This document shows positions 37,745 through 48,627 of a stretch of DNA of 64,000 bases, piece by piece. The stretch lies in NCBI GenBank assembly GCA_963837345.1, contig CAWIMX010000001.1:3086959-3150958 (forward strand), in the 5' to 3' direction. Under the pieces are notes generated by a model. It was not told the origin of the DNA. It did no database searches and was given only the letters and a program-made list of their open reading frames with translations. Positions within the stretch are counted from its first letter, which is position 1, and the number at the start of each line of letters is the position of its first letter. The DNA comes from an uncultured Acidobacteriota bacterium (lineage in GTDB: Bacteria > Acidobacteriota > Vicinamibacteria > Vicinamibacterales > CAVVIG01). Made by a program: the position numbers and the translations under genes.

Positions 37745-39971
37745 ATGTACGCGCGACGGGTGCCGTCGTCGCTTCGTGGGTGCCTGGGCTTCGTCCTGGC
37801 CACGGGCTGCCTGCTGCCGTCGGTGGGCGCGGCCCAGGAAGCGACGCGGCGAACGGTACAGGCGATTCGGCTGGCCGAGCCCCTCCGCGTGGACGGACGC
37901 CTCGACGAGGCGGTGTACCAAACGCCGCCCATCGAGGGAATGATCCAGACGGTACCCGAACGAAGGCGCGCCGTCCACGGAGCGAACCGACGTCTGGGTG
38001 ATGTTCGACGCCTCGACGCTGTACGTGACCTGCCGCTGCTGGGACGATGCCCCGCCGGAGCGGTGGGTGGCGAACGAGATGCGGCGCGACACGGCGCAGC
38101 TCCGCCAGAACGATCACTTCGGGATCATTCTGGATACCTTTCACGACCGCCGGAACGGCTTCTTCTTCTATGCCAACCCGCTCGGTGCCCGCGCCGATTC
38201 CGCCGTGACCGACGAGGGCAGCAACAACGCCGACTGGAATCCGGTGTGGGAGGCCCGCAGCGGGCGGTTCGACGGAGGCTGGACCCTCGAAATGGCCATC
38301 CCGTTCAAGTCGCTGCGGTACACGTCGGGCGACAACCAGACCTGGGGCATCAACTTCCGCCGCTCGATCCGGCGCAAGAACGAGTGGGCCCATCTGACAG
38401 CGCTGCCGGCCTCCGACGGGGGATCGGCGGCCGTCATGCGCGTGTCGGCCGCCGCCGATCTCATCGGGCTCGATCTGCCATCGGCGGGCAAGAACCTGGA
38501 GCTCAAGCCGTACGCGATCTCCAGCCTGACGACGGATCGCCTGCGCACGCCCGCGATCGCGAACGACCCGAGCGCCGACGCAGGGGGCGATCTCAAGTAC
38601 GGCATCACCGCCAACCTGACCGCCGACCTCACCTACAACACGGATTTCGCGCAGGTGGAGGTGGACGAGCAGCAGGTGAACCTCACCCGGTTCAGCCTGT
38701 CCTATCCGGAGAAGCGCGACTTCTTCCTGGAGGGCCGCGGGATCTTCGATTTCGGCAGGGGCACCGCGGGCACAGGGAGCGGTGGCGCGGCGACGCCGAC
38801 GATCTTCTACAGCCGTCGGATCGGCCTGAACGGCAGCCGCGTCGTGCCGATCGACGTCGGCGGCCGGCTCACCGGCAAGGCAGGGGGCTTCGCGCTCGGC
38901 GTCCTGAACATCGAGGCCGGCGAGGAGCCGGGCTCCGCCACGCCGGCCACCAACTTCACGGTGGTGCGCGTCAAGCGCGACATCCTGCGGCGCAGCACCA
39001 TTGGCGCCATCTTCACCGACCGGTCGCGTTCCGTGGCCGGCGACGGCGGGAACCAGACCTACGGCCTGGATACGGCGTTCAATCTCTACCAGAACGTGAC
39101 GCTCGGCGCCTACTACGCCAGGACCGCCACACCCGGAATGCGCGGCGACGACGGGAGCTATCAGGCGCGGTTCGAATACGGAGGCGACCGCTACGGCGCC
39201 AGGGCCGAATACCTCGCCGTCGGCGACCACTTCAACCCCGAAGTCGGTCTCGTCCGACGCGACGACTTCAAGCGCTCGTTCGCTTCGCTGCGTTTCAGCC
39301 CGCGGCCGCGCTCGATCGCGGCGGTCCGGAAGTTCACGGGGGAAGGCTCGGTGGAGTACTTCGAGAATGGCGCGGGCGCGGTCGAGACGCGCATGGACAC
39401 CGGCCATTTCGGGATCGAGCTCGAGAACAGCGACCAGGTGAATCTGACCGCCACGCGGGAATACGAGCTGCTGGTCGTGCCGTTCGCGATTGCGAAGGGC
39501 GTGACGATTCCGGCTGGCGGGTACGGCTTCACCAGCGGCGGGGCGTCGTACTCGCTGGGCCAGCAGCGGCGTGTCTCGGGCACCGTGTCGCTCGAGGCCG
39601 GCGAGTTCTACGACGGCACGATCACCGCGCTGACCCTGTCCGGTGCGCGCGTGTCGGTCACCCATCAGCTGTCGGTCGAGCCGAGCCTGACCATCGATCG
39701 CGTGCGGCTGCCGGCGGGCAACTTCACGACGACGCTCGCACGGGCGCGCAGCGACTACGCGTTCACGCCGCGGATGTTCGCCAGCGCCCTGCTGCAGTAC
39801 AGCGCCAGCGACCGCGTCTTCAGCAGCAACCTGCGGTTCCGCTGGGAGTATCGTCCCGGCAGCGAGCTCTTCGCGGTGTACACCGACGAGCGCGACACGG
39901 AACCGCGCGGGCTCCCGGGCCTGCGCAACCGCGCAGTCGTGCTGAAGGTGAACCGGCTGTTCCGCTTCTGA
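37745..39971 (+). pseudogene. DUF5916 paralog, frame broken by one extra base at 37958-37961
   Basis: N-terminus MYARRVPSSLRGCLGFVLATGCLLPSVGAAQ...IQTVPE is in one frame. EGAPSTERTDVWVMFDASTLYVTCRCWD... is in the next frame and is colinear with the upstream paralog (IQTVPREGQPASEKTDAWVMFDADNLY). The span is 2227 nt (3n+1). An alternative start lies at 37709. Confidence 0.85.
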
Positions 39972-40003
39972 CGCGCGCTCTGTGCAAGCCGGAGCCGCCC
40001 GTC

Positions 40004-41858
40004 ATGTATGATCGGGGGATGGAAGGGCACGCGCCGGCCGAAGCGTCGGCCGATACGCAACTGCGTGAACGCGATCGGATTCCCGATCGCTTCAAGTGGA
40101 ATCTCTCGCACATCTTTCCGAGCTGGGACGCGTGGCAATCCGCGTACGCCGAGCTCGATACGCGCATCGGCGCGTACCTGACATTCCAGGGGACGCTCGC
40201 ATCAAGCCCCGACGCGCTGGTCGCGGCGCTCGTGGCGGCCGACGCGATCGGCCAGCTCGAATACAAGGTCTGGTACTACGCCTCGTTGTGGTACGACCAG
40301 GACCAGCGCGACAACACCGTGAACGCGAAGCGGCAGGAGGTGCAGATCCTGTTCGCGAAGTGGAGCCAGGCGAGCGCCTGGTTCAACCCCGAGCTGCTCC
40401 AGATTCCGCTCGCCACCGTGCAGGCGTGGATGGACGCGCGGCCGGACCTCGCCGTGTACCGCTTCGCGCTGGAAGACCTCTACCGCCAGCAGGAGCACGT
40501 GCTCGACGACAAGGGGGAGCACCTGCTGTCGCTCTCGAGCCGGTTCGCGACGACGCCCAACGACGCCTATTCCGCGTTGTCGACGGCCGACATGCGGTTC
40601 CCGACCGTCGAGCTGGGGACGGGGCCGGTGACGCTCACCTACGGCCAGTACCGCGCGGTGCTCGCGACGAACCGGAACCAGGCCGATCGAGCGCACGCCT
40701 TCGCGGAGTTCCACAAGCTGTACGACATCTCGATCAATACCTACGCCTCGCTCTACAACGGCGTGCTCCAGCGCGACTGGTTCCTCGCGCAGGCGCGCGG
40801 GTACCGTTCGTCGCTCGACGCCGCGCTTCACGGCAACGACATTCCTCCGGCCGTCGTCGAGAACCTGATCGAGACGACGAAGGCGTCGACGGCGCCGCTC
40901 CAGCGCTACCACCGGCTGCGCAAGCGGGTGCTCGGACTGGCGCGGGTACTCGTCGTACGACACGGCCATCCCGCTCGTCGAGTTCGATCGGAAATATCGG
41001 TACGAAGAGGTGGCCGCCTGGCTGCCCGAGTCGGTCAAGCCGCTCGGCGGCGACTATCAGCGGGGCCTGACCGACGTGCTGAACGGCGAGTCGATCGACG
41101 TGTACGAGAACCCCGGCAAGCGCAGCGGCGCGTATTCGGCGCCCGTGTACGGCGTGCATCCGTACATGCTCCTGAACCACAACGACACGCTCGACGCCGC
41201 GTTCACGCTGGCGCACGAGATGGGGCATTCGATGCACACCCTGCTCTCGCATGCGCACCAGCCGTTCGTGTACGCCGGGTACACCATCTTCGTCGCGGAA
41301 GTGCCGTCGACCCTGAGCGAGGCGCTGTTTCTCGACTTCATGCTCGAGCGCACGACGGAACCGAAGGAACGCGTGGTGCTGCTGCAGCACGCGATCGACA
41401 ATATCGCCGGAACGTTCTACACGCAGGTGCTGTTCGCCGACTTCGAGCTGCAGGCGCATCGCCTGGTCGAATCGGGACGGCCCGTCACGGCCGAGGCGCT
41501 GAGCGAGATCTATTTCGGCCTGCTGCGGGCGTACTACGGCGACGCGCTCGACTACGACGACCGCGTGCGGCACACCTGGGCGCGGATCCCGCACTTCTTC
41601 AGCACGCCGTTCTACGTCTATCAGTACGCGACGTGCTTCGCATCGAGCGCCGAGATGATGCGGCACCTGACGAGCGGCGCCGCGAGCGATCGCGCGGCCG
41701 CCGTGGCCCGCTACCTGGACCTGCTCAAGGCCGGAGGCAGCGACCATCCCATGGTGCTGCTCCAGCGCGCCGGCATCGATCTCAGCCGCCCCGAGACGAT
41801 CGGCGCCGTGGTCGATCAGTTGGACGGCCTGGTCGGCCGGCTCGAAGGGGAGCTCTAG
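40004..41858 (+). pseudogene. pepF: oligoendopeptidase F (M3B), frame broken by an extra G in the run 40944-40946
   Basis: The N-terminal part up to RYHRLRKRVLGLAR continues as YSSYDTAIPLVEFDRKYRYEEVAAWL...LAHEMGHSMH (HEXXH) only in the next frame. The span is 1855 nt (3n+1). An alternative start lies at 40019. Confidence 0.85.
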
Positions 41859-41877
41859 AGGGTTCCGAACCCTTCAC

Positions 41878-42303
41878 CTACCGGTCTTTGACTCGAAGAA
41901 TCGCGTGCATCGTCCCGATGCACGCGTCCATCACGACCGTGAGGCCGCCCGCCGTCGCGCGGGCCGCGGCCTCGTCGTTCGCGATCCCGGTCTGCAGCCA
42001 CAGCGCCTTCGCTCCAATCGCGACCGCGTCGTCGGCAATGGCGGGCGTATGCGCTGGGCGGCGGAACACGTCGACGATGTCGACGGCGTCCGGCACGTCG
42101 CGAAGCGTCGCGTACGCACGTTCACCGAGAACCTCCGTTTCGCGGGGATTGACCGGAATGACGCGATAACCGACCTGCTGGAGCCGGCGCATGATGCCGT
42201 ACGAAGGGCGTTCCGGATTGGAAGAGGCGCCGACGACGGCGATCGTCGACGCGTTGGCGAGCAACGTCGCGATCTCGGTGTCGGACGGATTCGAATGAGC
42301 CAT
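41878..42303 (-). CDS. CoA-binding domain protein (YccU/YneT-like)
   Basis: 141 aa. IAVVGASSNPERPSYGIMRRL...VDVFRR is typical. Confidence 0.88.
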   Translation of the reverse strand: MAHSNPSDTEIATLLANASTIAVVGASSNPERPSYGIMRRLQQVGYRVIPVNPRETEVLGERAYATLRDVPDAVDIVDVFRRPAHTPAIADDAVAIGAKALWLQTGIANDEAAARATAGGLTVVMDACIGTMHAILRVKDR

Positions 42304-42346
42304 GCAGCGAGCCTACACCGGAGGCCCGTGCAGGCCCAGCCGGTCT

Positions 42347-43687
42347 TCAGTGTGCAACGTTCTGCCGCCCGAGGCGGGTGAGCGCCAAGACCTCGGCGGC
42401 CGAGCGGCGGCCGCTTTCAACGGCGCCGTTCATGTAGCCCTGCCAGCGAATGCTCGTGTGCTCGCCGGCGAACAGCACCCGACCGAACGGACGGGCGAGC
42501 CAGTCGCGCAGTGCAGGGTCGAAGCGCGTGTCGAACAGCGCGTAGCCCCCGCGCGCCCACGGGTCGCGCTCCCACACCGTGGCGTGTGCGTGGAGCAGCG
42601 TGGCGCGGCGCGCGCCCAGGAATGCCAGAGCTTCTGCGAGACCGGCGGGCCCGTGGCGCGCGAGAATCGCCTGCGTGTCGGCGCTGGCGCCGCCGCCGGC
42701 GAGCAGCGTCAAAATGCCGGCACGGCCGCGCTGTTCGTCGCTGCCGTCCCAGGCCGCGCCGATCGCGGTGGGTGAGCCGAACGCCGCGGGACGCCAGGGC
42801 GCCCGCCAGAAGGGCCGCGAGAACTGCAGCAGCGTCTTGGTGGCCCGGCCGTATGCGAGGCCGACCACGGCGCGGCGTTGCGGGTCGGGGAGCGGTGGCG
42901 TGAAGGCCACGCGTCGGAGCAGGGTCGCCGGCAGCGTCGTCACGAGATAGTCGCAGCTGAGCGTGGCCGTCCGCCCGAGGTGCCGCACGCGCGCGTCGAT
43001 GCCGCGTCGTGTCTGGCGCACCGCGATCAGCTCGCTCGACAGCTGGATGCGCTCGCCCAGCCGAGCGGCCAGCGCGCCGGCGAGGCGATCGTTGCCGCCG
43101 TCGACCCGGTACATGTGTCCGGGCGTGGCGCCGTCGTTCTCGGCGAACTGGTCCACGAGCGCCAGCAGCGACAGGTCCTCGGGATCGGCCAGAAAGAATC
43201 CGCGGAGTCCGCGGGCCGTGTCGCGCAGCTCGCGATCGGCGCGCTGCGCGGCCAGCCAGTCGGCGACGGATCGGCGGCCGAGGTCGGCAGCGACGGCCGA
43301 ATCCCAGCGGCGCTCCGCCAGGCGATAGCGCGCGACGAGCGGGTCGATCTCGCGCGCCACATGCGCCCAGGCGCTCGCGAGGCTTCTCGCCCGGATGCGC
43401 AGGCGTCCCGCGCGATCGGCGCGGGCGTAGCCCCATCCGCGACGAAGGATGCGACGCAGCTTCAGTCCCAGGTCTTCGGCCAGGGCTTTGATGGCCGACT
43501 GGCCATCGTCGATGAGATCGCCGCCGGCTTCGCCATGCTGGCCCGAGGCGAAGCCGTCGCGGATCGTCTGGACGCGGCCGCCCACGCGATCGCGAGCTTC
43601 CATCACGATCACGGCCGCGCCCTGGTCGACGAGATCGCGCGCCGCGCTCAGGCCTGCCAGTCCGGCGCCGGCGACCAGGACGGACAC
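42347..43687 (-). CDS. flavin-dependent amine oxidase family protein
   Basis: (M)SVLVAGAGLAGLSAARDL...VMEARDRVGGR dinucleotide-binding motif. Start taken at GTG 43687; a TTG alternative lies at 43711. The upstream part of the track ORF overlaps the TraB gene. Confidence 0.82.
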   Translation of the reverse strand: MSVLVAGAGLAGLSAARDLVDQGAAVIVMEARDRVGGRVQTIRDGFASGQHGEAGGDLIDDGQSAIKALAEDLGLKLRRILRRGWGYARADRAGRLRIRARSLASAWAHVAREIDPLVARYRLAERRWDSAVAADLGRRSVADWLAAQRADRELRDTARGLRGFFLADPEDLSLLALVDQFAENDGATPGHMYRVDGGNDRLAGALAARLGERIQLSSELIAVRQTRRGIDARVRHLGRTATLSCDYLVTTLPATLLRRVAFTPPLPDPQRRAVVGLAYGRATKTLLQFSRPFWRAPWRPAAFGSPTAIGAAWDGSDEQRGRAGILTLLAGGGASADTQAILARHGPAGLAEALAFLGARRATLLHAHATVWERDPWARGGYALFDTRFDPALRDWLARPFGRVLFAGEHTSIRWQGYMNGAVESGRRSAAEVLALTRLGRQNVAH

Positions 43688-43697
43688 GCCGCGGAGT

Positions 43698-44582
43698 TCA
43701 GCGCTGCTCAATCCGATACCCTTTGGCCTCCAGCATCTTGAGGAGGCCATCGGGGCCGACGAGGTGGGCGGCTCCGACCACGATGAAGGCGCGTCCCGGG
43801 CGGGCGAGCAGCGCCTCGATGGCGGGCAGCCACCGGCGGTTGCGGGCGACGAGCAGACGGTCGTACAGCGTCGCATCCGACTGGATGTCGGCCAGCGCCA
43901 GTCGCTCGACTTCCGCGACATTGCCGGTCTTCCAGGCCGTCGTGAGAGCGTTGATGTTGGCCACGTCCGAGTCGAGCTCCTCGAGCGAAGAGGCGAGCAG
44001 CTGCTCCTGCGCGTCGGCCGACATCCCGTCGAAGGCGGCGATCTGATCGTCGGTCGTCTCGAGACCCTGCACCGGCTTGGCGTCCTGCTGCGCCAGATCG
44101 TAGAAGTGTTTGTCGAGCCCCAGATTCTCGTCGAACCCGGCCTTCTGCCACTCGAGCGCCGTGAGCATGAGGGACAGGAACCACGGCTTCATCTGCGAGA
44201 GTGGCGCAAACGGCAGCCCGACCGCCGCCGCCCGCGTCTGGACCAGCGCCAGCGTCTTGTCCGAAATGACGCCGCCCAGGGTCTGCCCGGCGGGCAGCAT
44301 CCCGCGGGAGAGCAGCGCCAGCTGCGACGTCGACGACAACATCTCGCCCAGGTCCACTTCCTCGACGAGACGGTCGGAGTCTTCGTAGGCCGACTGCAGC
44401 GCGGGCGCGAGCGGATAGAAATCCGCCGTGAGCAGGTGAACGGAGCCGACGAGGTAGACGGCCCCTGTCGACCCCGACACTTTCCAGATGAAACTCTGGC
44501 CGACGGCGGTCGTGGAGGCGGCCGTGACCAGCGAAAGCGCGAAAGCCGCGAGCGCGATGGTCCGGCGGCGCACCTGAGGCAT
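43698..44582 (-). CDS. TraB/GumN family protein, secreted
   Basis: 294 aa with a signal peptide. FIWKVSGSTGAVYLVGSVHLL and FIVVGAAHLVGPDGLL are hallmarks of the family. Confidence 0.88.
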   Translation of the reverse strand: MPQVRRRTIALAAFALSLVTAASTTAVGQSFIWKVSGSTGAVYLVGSVHLLTADFYPLAPALQSAYEDSDRLVEEVDLGEMLSSTSQLALLSRGMLPAGQTLGGVISDKTLALVQTRAAAVGLPFAPLSQMKPWFLSLMLTALEWQKAGFDENLGLDKHFYDLAQQDAKPVQGLETTDDQIAAFDGMSADAQEQLLASSLEELDSDVANINALTTAWKTGNVAEVERLALADIQSDATLYDRLLVARNRRWLPAIEALLARPGRAFIVVGAAHLVGPDGLLKMLEAKGYRIEQR

Positions 44583-44684
44583 CCTTCAATTATACGGGCT
44601 GGGATCGAGCCTCCCGGCGACGGGGCGGGCTGTTCTGCACGCAGCGGCACGGGTTTCGGAGCCGTTTCGGTCCACCCCCGGGAG

Positions 44685-44702
44685 CTACCCAGACTTGGGT
44701 AG
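44685..44702. promoter_or_regulatory. CTACC-N8-GGTA box 1 (NarL-like 7-2-7' geometry) upstream of the DUF1592 operon
   Basis: CTACCCAGACTTGGGTAG is a perfect palindrome. It directly abuts TTGACC(44703-44708)-N18-GACAAT. Confidence 0.5.
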
Positions 44703-44788
44703 TTGACCCTCTTCGTTAGCGCCACTGACAATGTTTCCGAACTCCTCGGTCGGGATCTTACTGGCAGTGTCCACGGGGGTTAGCGCCT

Positions 44789-47260
44789 GTGATGAGAGTC
44801 CTGATACCTGTTGTGATCTTCTGCAGCATCGTCACGATGGAAGCTCGTTCACGCTTCCAGCTCGCAACGGACGGCCGCCGTCTGGCACCCGCGAGCGCAC
44901 AGACGGGGTTCGAGGCGCAGGGCGCTTCCGCAGCGTCATCTTCCGATGGTCGGATGTTGTTGGACACCTATTGTGTCACCTGCCACAATGCCCGCCTGCA
45001 CACCGCAAACCTCGCACTCGATAGTGCCAACCTCGACGATGTGGCGGGAAGCCCCGAGATCTGGGAGAACGTGGTTCGCAAGCTTCGAACCGGTGCGATG
45101 CCGCCCGCTGGACGCCCGCGTCCGGACGAGACGGCGGTGGCCGCGTTTGCCACCAGTCTGGAGACGGCGCTCGATCGGGCGGCGGCCGCGCATCCGAATC
45201 CCGGACGGCCGGCAATCCACCGTCTGAACCGGACCGAGTACGTGAACGCCATCCGTGACTTGTTCGATCTCGACGTGGATGGACGCGCACTGCTCCCGGG
45301 CGACAACTCGGATGCGCACGGGTTTGACAACGACGCCGATACGCTCTCGGTGTCGCCGCTCCTCATGGAGCGGTACCTTTCGGCCGCGCGAAAGATCAGC
45401 CGGCTGGTCGTTGGACGTCCGGCGGCGCCGGATCTGCAGCAATTCCGCGTCGATAAGCTGCTGGATCAGGATGATCGCCTCACGGAAAATCAGCCGTTCG
45501 GGTCCCGCGGAGGCGCGACGGCGCGCTACTACTTCCCGGCCGACGGCGAGTATGTCATCAAGGTCGATCTCGAGAAGACGGCGAACGACTATATCAAAGG
45601 GCTGGGCGCGGAACATCCATTGGACGTCCGGGTGGACGGCTCGCTGGTCAAGCGGTTCACGGTTGGGGGCGAGGAGTGGGTGAAGATGGCCCCGCCCGAG
45701 AACTACAGTGCGAACCTTCGGGCGGCCGACGATCGGTGGGAAGACTACGCCCACAACATGGATCGCGCGCTGCAACTCAGGATTCCCGTGAAGGCCGGCG
45801 AGCGGACCGTGAACGTGTCGTTCGTGCAGCAGCGCTGGTGGCCGGAGGGCGTCATTCAGCCGCAGGTGGGCGTGTCGCGGGATCGCAATGAGCTGCCGGA
45901 CGGAAATCCAAGCGTCGCCAGCATCACGATCAGCGGTCCATTCTCGACGTCAGGTCCGGGGAATTCGACGACGCGCCAGCGAGTGTTCGTGTGCTCGCCC
46001 TCGACGACGGCCGATGAAGAGCCGTGCGCCAAGGAAATCCTGTCCACGGTCGCGCGACGCGCATATCGGCGTCCCGTCACCGACGCCGACCTGGAGCCGC
46101 TGCTCAGCTTCTTTCAAGCCGGGCGCGGGGACGGGGATTTCGACGGCGGCATCCAGTTCGCGTTGGAGCGGCTGCTCGTGAGTCCGGCGTTTCTGTTCCG
46201 GATGGAGCAGGATCCGGCCGGAGCGGCGGCGGTCCATCGCATCTCTGATCTGGAACTCGCGTCTCGACTGTCCTTCTTTCTGTGGAGCAGCATTCCCGAC
46301 GACAGGTTGCTCGACGTGGCTGCCCGCGGGCAGCTCACGGACCCGGCCGTGCTCGCGCAGGAGGTGCGCCGGATGCTCGACGATCCGCGCGCCCAGGCCC
46401 TGGTCGACAACTTTGCGGGGCAGTGGCTGGTCGTCCGCAACATCCGCGATGTGATTCCCGACTCGGACTTGTTCCCGAATTTCGACGACAACCTGCGCGA
46501 AGCCTTCGAGCGGGAGACCAACCTGTTCATGGAGAGCCAGATCCGCGAGGATCACAGCATTGTGGATCTGCTCAATGCGAACTACACGTTCGTGAACGAG
46601 CGTCTGGCCCGGCACTACGGCATTCCAGGCATCTACGGAAATCAGTTCCGTCGCGTCACGTTTCCCAACGATGAGCGAGGCGGGCTGCTCGGGCAGGGTA
46701 GCATCCTCACCGTCACGGCCTACGCCAATCGTACGTCGCCGGTGCTGCGCGGCAAGTGGCTTCTCGAGAACATGCTCGGGACTCCGCCTCCGGCGCCGCC
46801 TCCTGGCGTGCCTCCGCTGAAGGAGAACACGGGCGAGGACGCACCGACTTCCGTTCGGGCACGGCTCGAAGAACACCGCCGCAATCCGATGTGCGCGAGT
46901 TGCCACGCGAGGATGGACCCATTGGGCTTCGCGCTGGAGAACTACGACGCCGTTGGCACCTGGCGGACCACCGACGAGACCGGCACGCCGATCGATTCGT
47001 CGGGGACGCTGCCCGATGGCAGCGCGTTCAAGGGACCGCAGGGCCTGCGGACGTTCCTGCTGAGCCGGCGCGACCAATTTGTGCAGACGGTCACCGAGAA
47101 ACTCCTGGCGTACGCGCTCGGTCGTGAGCTCGACTATTACGATGAACCGACGGTGCGACGGATCATGCGCGTCGCTGGCGATGACGACGACCGATGGTCG
47201 TCAGTGATTCTTGAGATTGTGAAGAGCACCCCGTTTCAGATGAGGAGGTCGGAGTCATGA
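44789..47260 (+). CDS. DUF1592/DUF1587/DUF1595-type multidomain protein with N-terminal haem-c motif
   Basis: 823 aa. Hydrophobic N-terminus. LLDTYCVTCHNARL CxxCH with RTGAMPP. A second CASCH motif near the C-terminus. Domain order is typical of planctomycete-type PSD/PSCyt proteins. Confidence 0.88.
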   Translation: MMRVLIPVVIFCSIVTMEARSRFQLATDGRRLAPASAQTGFEAQGASAASSSDGRMLLDTYCVTCHNARLHTANLALDSANLDDVAGSPEIWENVVRKLRTGAMPPAGRPRPDETAVAAFATSLETALDRAAAAHPNPGRPAIHRLNRTEYVNAIRDLFDLDVDGRALLPGDNSDAHGFDNDADTLSVSPLLMERYLSAARKISRLVVGRPAAPDLQQFRVDKLLDQDDRLTENQPFGSRGGATARYYFPADGEYVIKVDLEKTANDYIKGLGAEHPLDVRVDGSLVKRFTVGGEEWVKMAPPENYSANLRAADDRWEDYAHNMDRALQLRIPVKAGERTVNVSFVQQRWWPEGVIQPQVGVSRDRNELPDGNPSVASITISGPFSTSGPGNSTTRQRVFVCSPSTTADEEPCAKEILSTVARRAYRRPVTDADLEPLLSFFQAGRGDGDFDGGIQFALERLLVSPAFLFRMEQDPAGAAAVHRISDLELASRLSFFLWSSIPDDRLLDVAARGQLTDPAVLAQEVRRMLDDPRAQALVDNFAGQWLVVRNIRDVIPDSDLFPNFDDNLREAFERETNLFMESQIREDHSIVDLLNANYTFVNERLARHYGIPGIYGNQFRRVTFPNDERGGLLGQGSILTVTAYANRTSPVLRGKWLLENMLGTPPPAPPPGVPPLKENTGEDAPTSVRARLEEHRRNPMCASCHARMDPLGFALENYDAVGTWRTTDETGTPIDSSGTLPDGSAFKGPQGLRTFLLSRRDQFVQTVTEKLLAYALGRELDYYDEPTVRRIMRVAGDDDDRWSSVILEIVKSTPFQMRRSES

Positions 47261-48591
47261 TCATCACGAAGAAGACCATCTCGCGCCGTACTGTGTTACG
47301 CGGTCTCGGCGTGAGCCTGGCTCTGCCGTTTCTCGATGCAATGACTCCGGCGTTCGCCGCAATTGGGAAGCCGACGCGCCGCTTTGGAGCCGTCTATGTG
47401 CCGAACGGCATCCTGATGAGCGAGTGGACCCCCGCGACCGAGGGAGCGGGTTTTGCGTTCACGCCGACGCTCAGCGCGTTGGAGCCGTTTCGAGACTCCC
47501 TGCTGGTGCTTTCAGGGCTGAATGTGTCCAAGAACGCGGGCGCCAGTTTGCACTCGCGGGCCAGCACGCGGTGGTTGACGGGCGTCCCGCCGCGCGGCGT
47601 GCAGGCGCAGGCAGAGGTGTCGGCCGGCATTTCGATGGACCAGATCGCCGCGAAAACGCTCGGGCAGCAGACCCAGCTGGCCTCTCTCGAGGTGTCGCTG
47701 GAACCGAACGACTTCGCCGGTTCCTGCGATCCGGGTTTCAGCTGCGCGTACATCAATACGATTTCGTGGCGAGGCCCCACGACACCGCTGCCGATGGAAC
47801 ACAACCCCCGCGTGGTCTTCGAGCGGTTGTTCGGAGACACCGGCAGCACCGATCCAGCGGTGCGTCTCGCCCAGATCAGCAGAGGCCAGAGCATTCTCGA
47901 TTCCGTGATCGACGAAGCCGGGCACCTGACGACCCGACTCGGTGCGAGCGACCGGCTGAAACTGAACGAGTACCTGGACGCGCTTCGCGACATCGAGCGT
48001 CGTCTGCAGAAGGCGGAGGAGCAGAACGACAAAGAGCTGCCGATCGTCAGCCAGCCGGGCGCGATTCCGGCCAGCTACGAGGAGTACGCGAAACTGATGT
48101 TCGACCTGCAGGTGCTGGCGCATCAGACCGACCTCACGCGCATCACGACGTTCATGCTGGGGCGGGAGCTGAGCGGGCGACAGTACCCCGAGGTGGGCGC
48201 CCCGGACGGACACCACCCGACGTCGCACCATCAGAACGATCCGGCGAAGAAAGCAAACTACGCGAGAATCAACGCGTTTCACACCCAGCTGTTCGCCTAC
48301 TACCTGGAGAGACTGCAGGCGACGCCTGACGGCGACGGATCCTTGCTGGATCACATGATGCTGCTGTACGGCGCCGGCATGTCGGATGGCAATCGACACG
48401 CGACCGACGATCTTCCCCTGATTCTGGCGGGCGGCGGAGCCGGAGTGAAGGGAGGGCGTCACATCCAGTACCCGAGCGAGACGCCGCTACCCAACGTGCA
48501 TCTGACGTTGCTCGACGAGCTGGGAACGCCGGTGGATCATCTCGGGGACAGCACAGGGGAATTGCAACTGACGCCGCTCTCCCTCGCGTAG
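47257..48591 (+). CDS. DUF1552 domain protein with Tat signal
   Basis: 444 aa. ISRRTVLRGLGVSLALPFLDAM. ATGA overlap with the DUF1592 stop. Confidence 0.88.
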   Translation: MIITKKTISRRTVLRGLGVSLALPFLDAMTPAFAAIGKPTRRFGAVYVPNGILMSEWTPATEGAGFAFTPTLSALEPFRDSLLVLSGLNVSKNAGASLHSRASTRWLTGVPPRGVQAQAEVSAGISMDQIAAKTLGQQTQLASLEVSLEPNDFAGSCDPGFSCAYINTISWRGPTTPLPMEHNPRVVFERLFGDTGSTDPAVRLAQISRGQSILDSVIDEAGHLTTRLGASDRLKLNEYLDALRDIERRLQKAEEQNDKELPIVSQPGAIPASYEEYAKLMFDLQVLAHQTDLTRITTFMLGRELSGRQYPEVGAPDGHHPTSHHQNDPAKKANYARINAFHTQLFAYYLERLQATPDGDGSLLDHMMLLYGAGMSDGNRHATDDLPLILAGGGAGVKGGRHIQYPSETPLPNVHLTLLDELGTPVDHLGDSTGELQLTPLSLA

Positions 48592-48627
48592 CGCGGAGGC
48601 GGTGCCGATAGCGCGGTCGGAGAGGCC

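Noticed and set aside
21690-40950. Programmed +1 frameshifting, or methylation-motif (GANTC) linked errors, as an explanation of the five frame breaks
   Set aside because: There are no slippery heptamers, stimulatory structures or shared context. GAATC occurs near only two of the five sites. Short-homopolymer insertion (assembly error or recent mutation) is the simpler explanation.
37505-42169. 1554-aa ORF across the DUF5916 paralog, PepF and the CoA-binding gene
   Set aside because: Only the first 70 or so codons after 37745 and the PepF N-terminal half are meaningful in this frame. The rest is low-complexity Arg/Ala/Gly/Pro text. Real sequences continue in another frame (37998-39971, 41010-41858).
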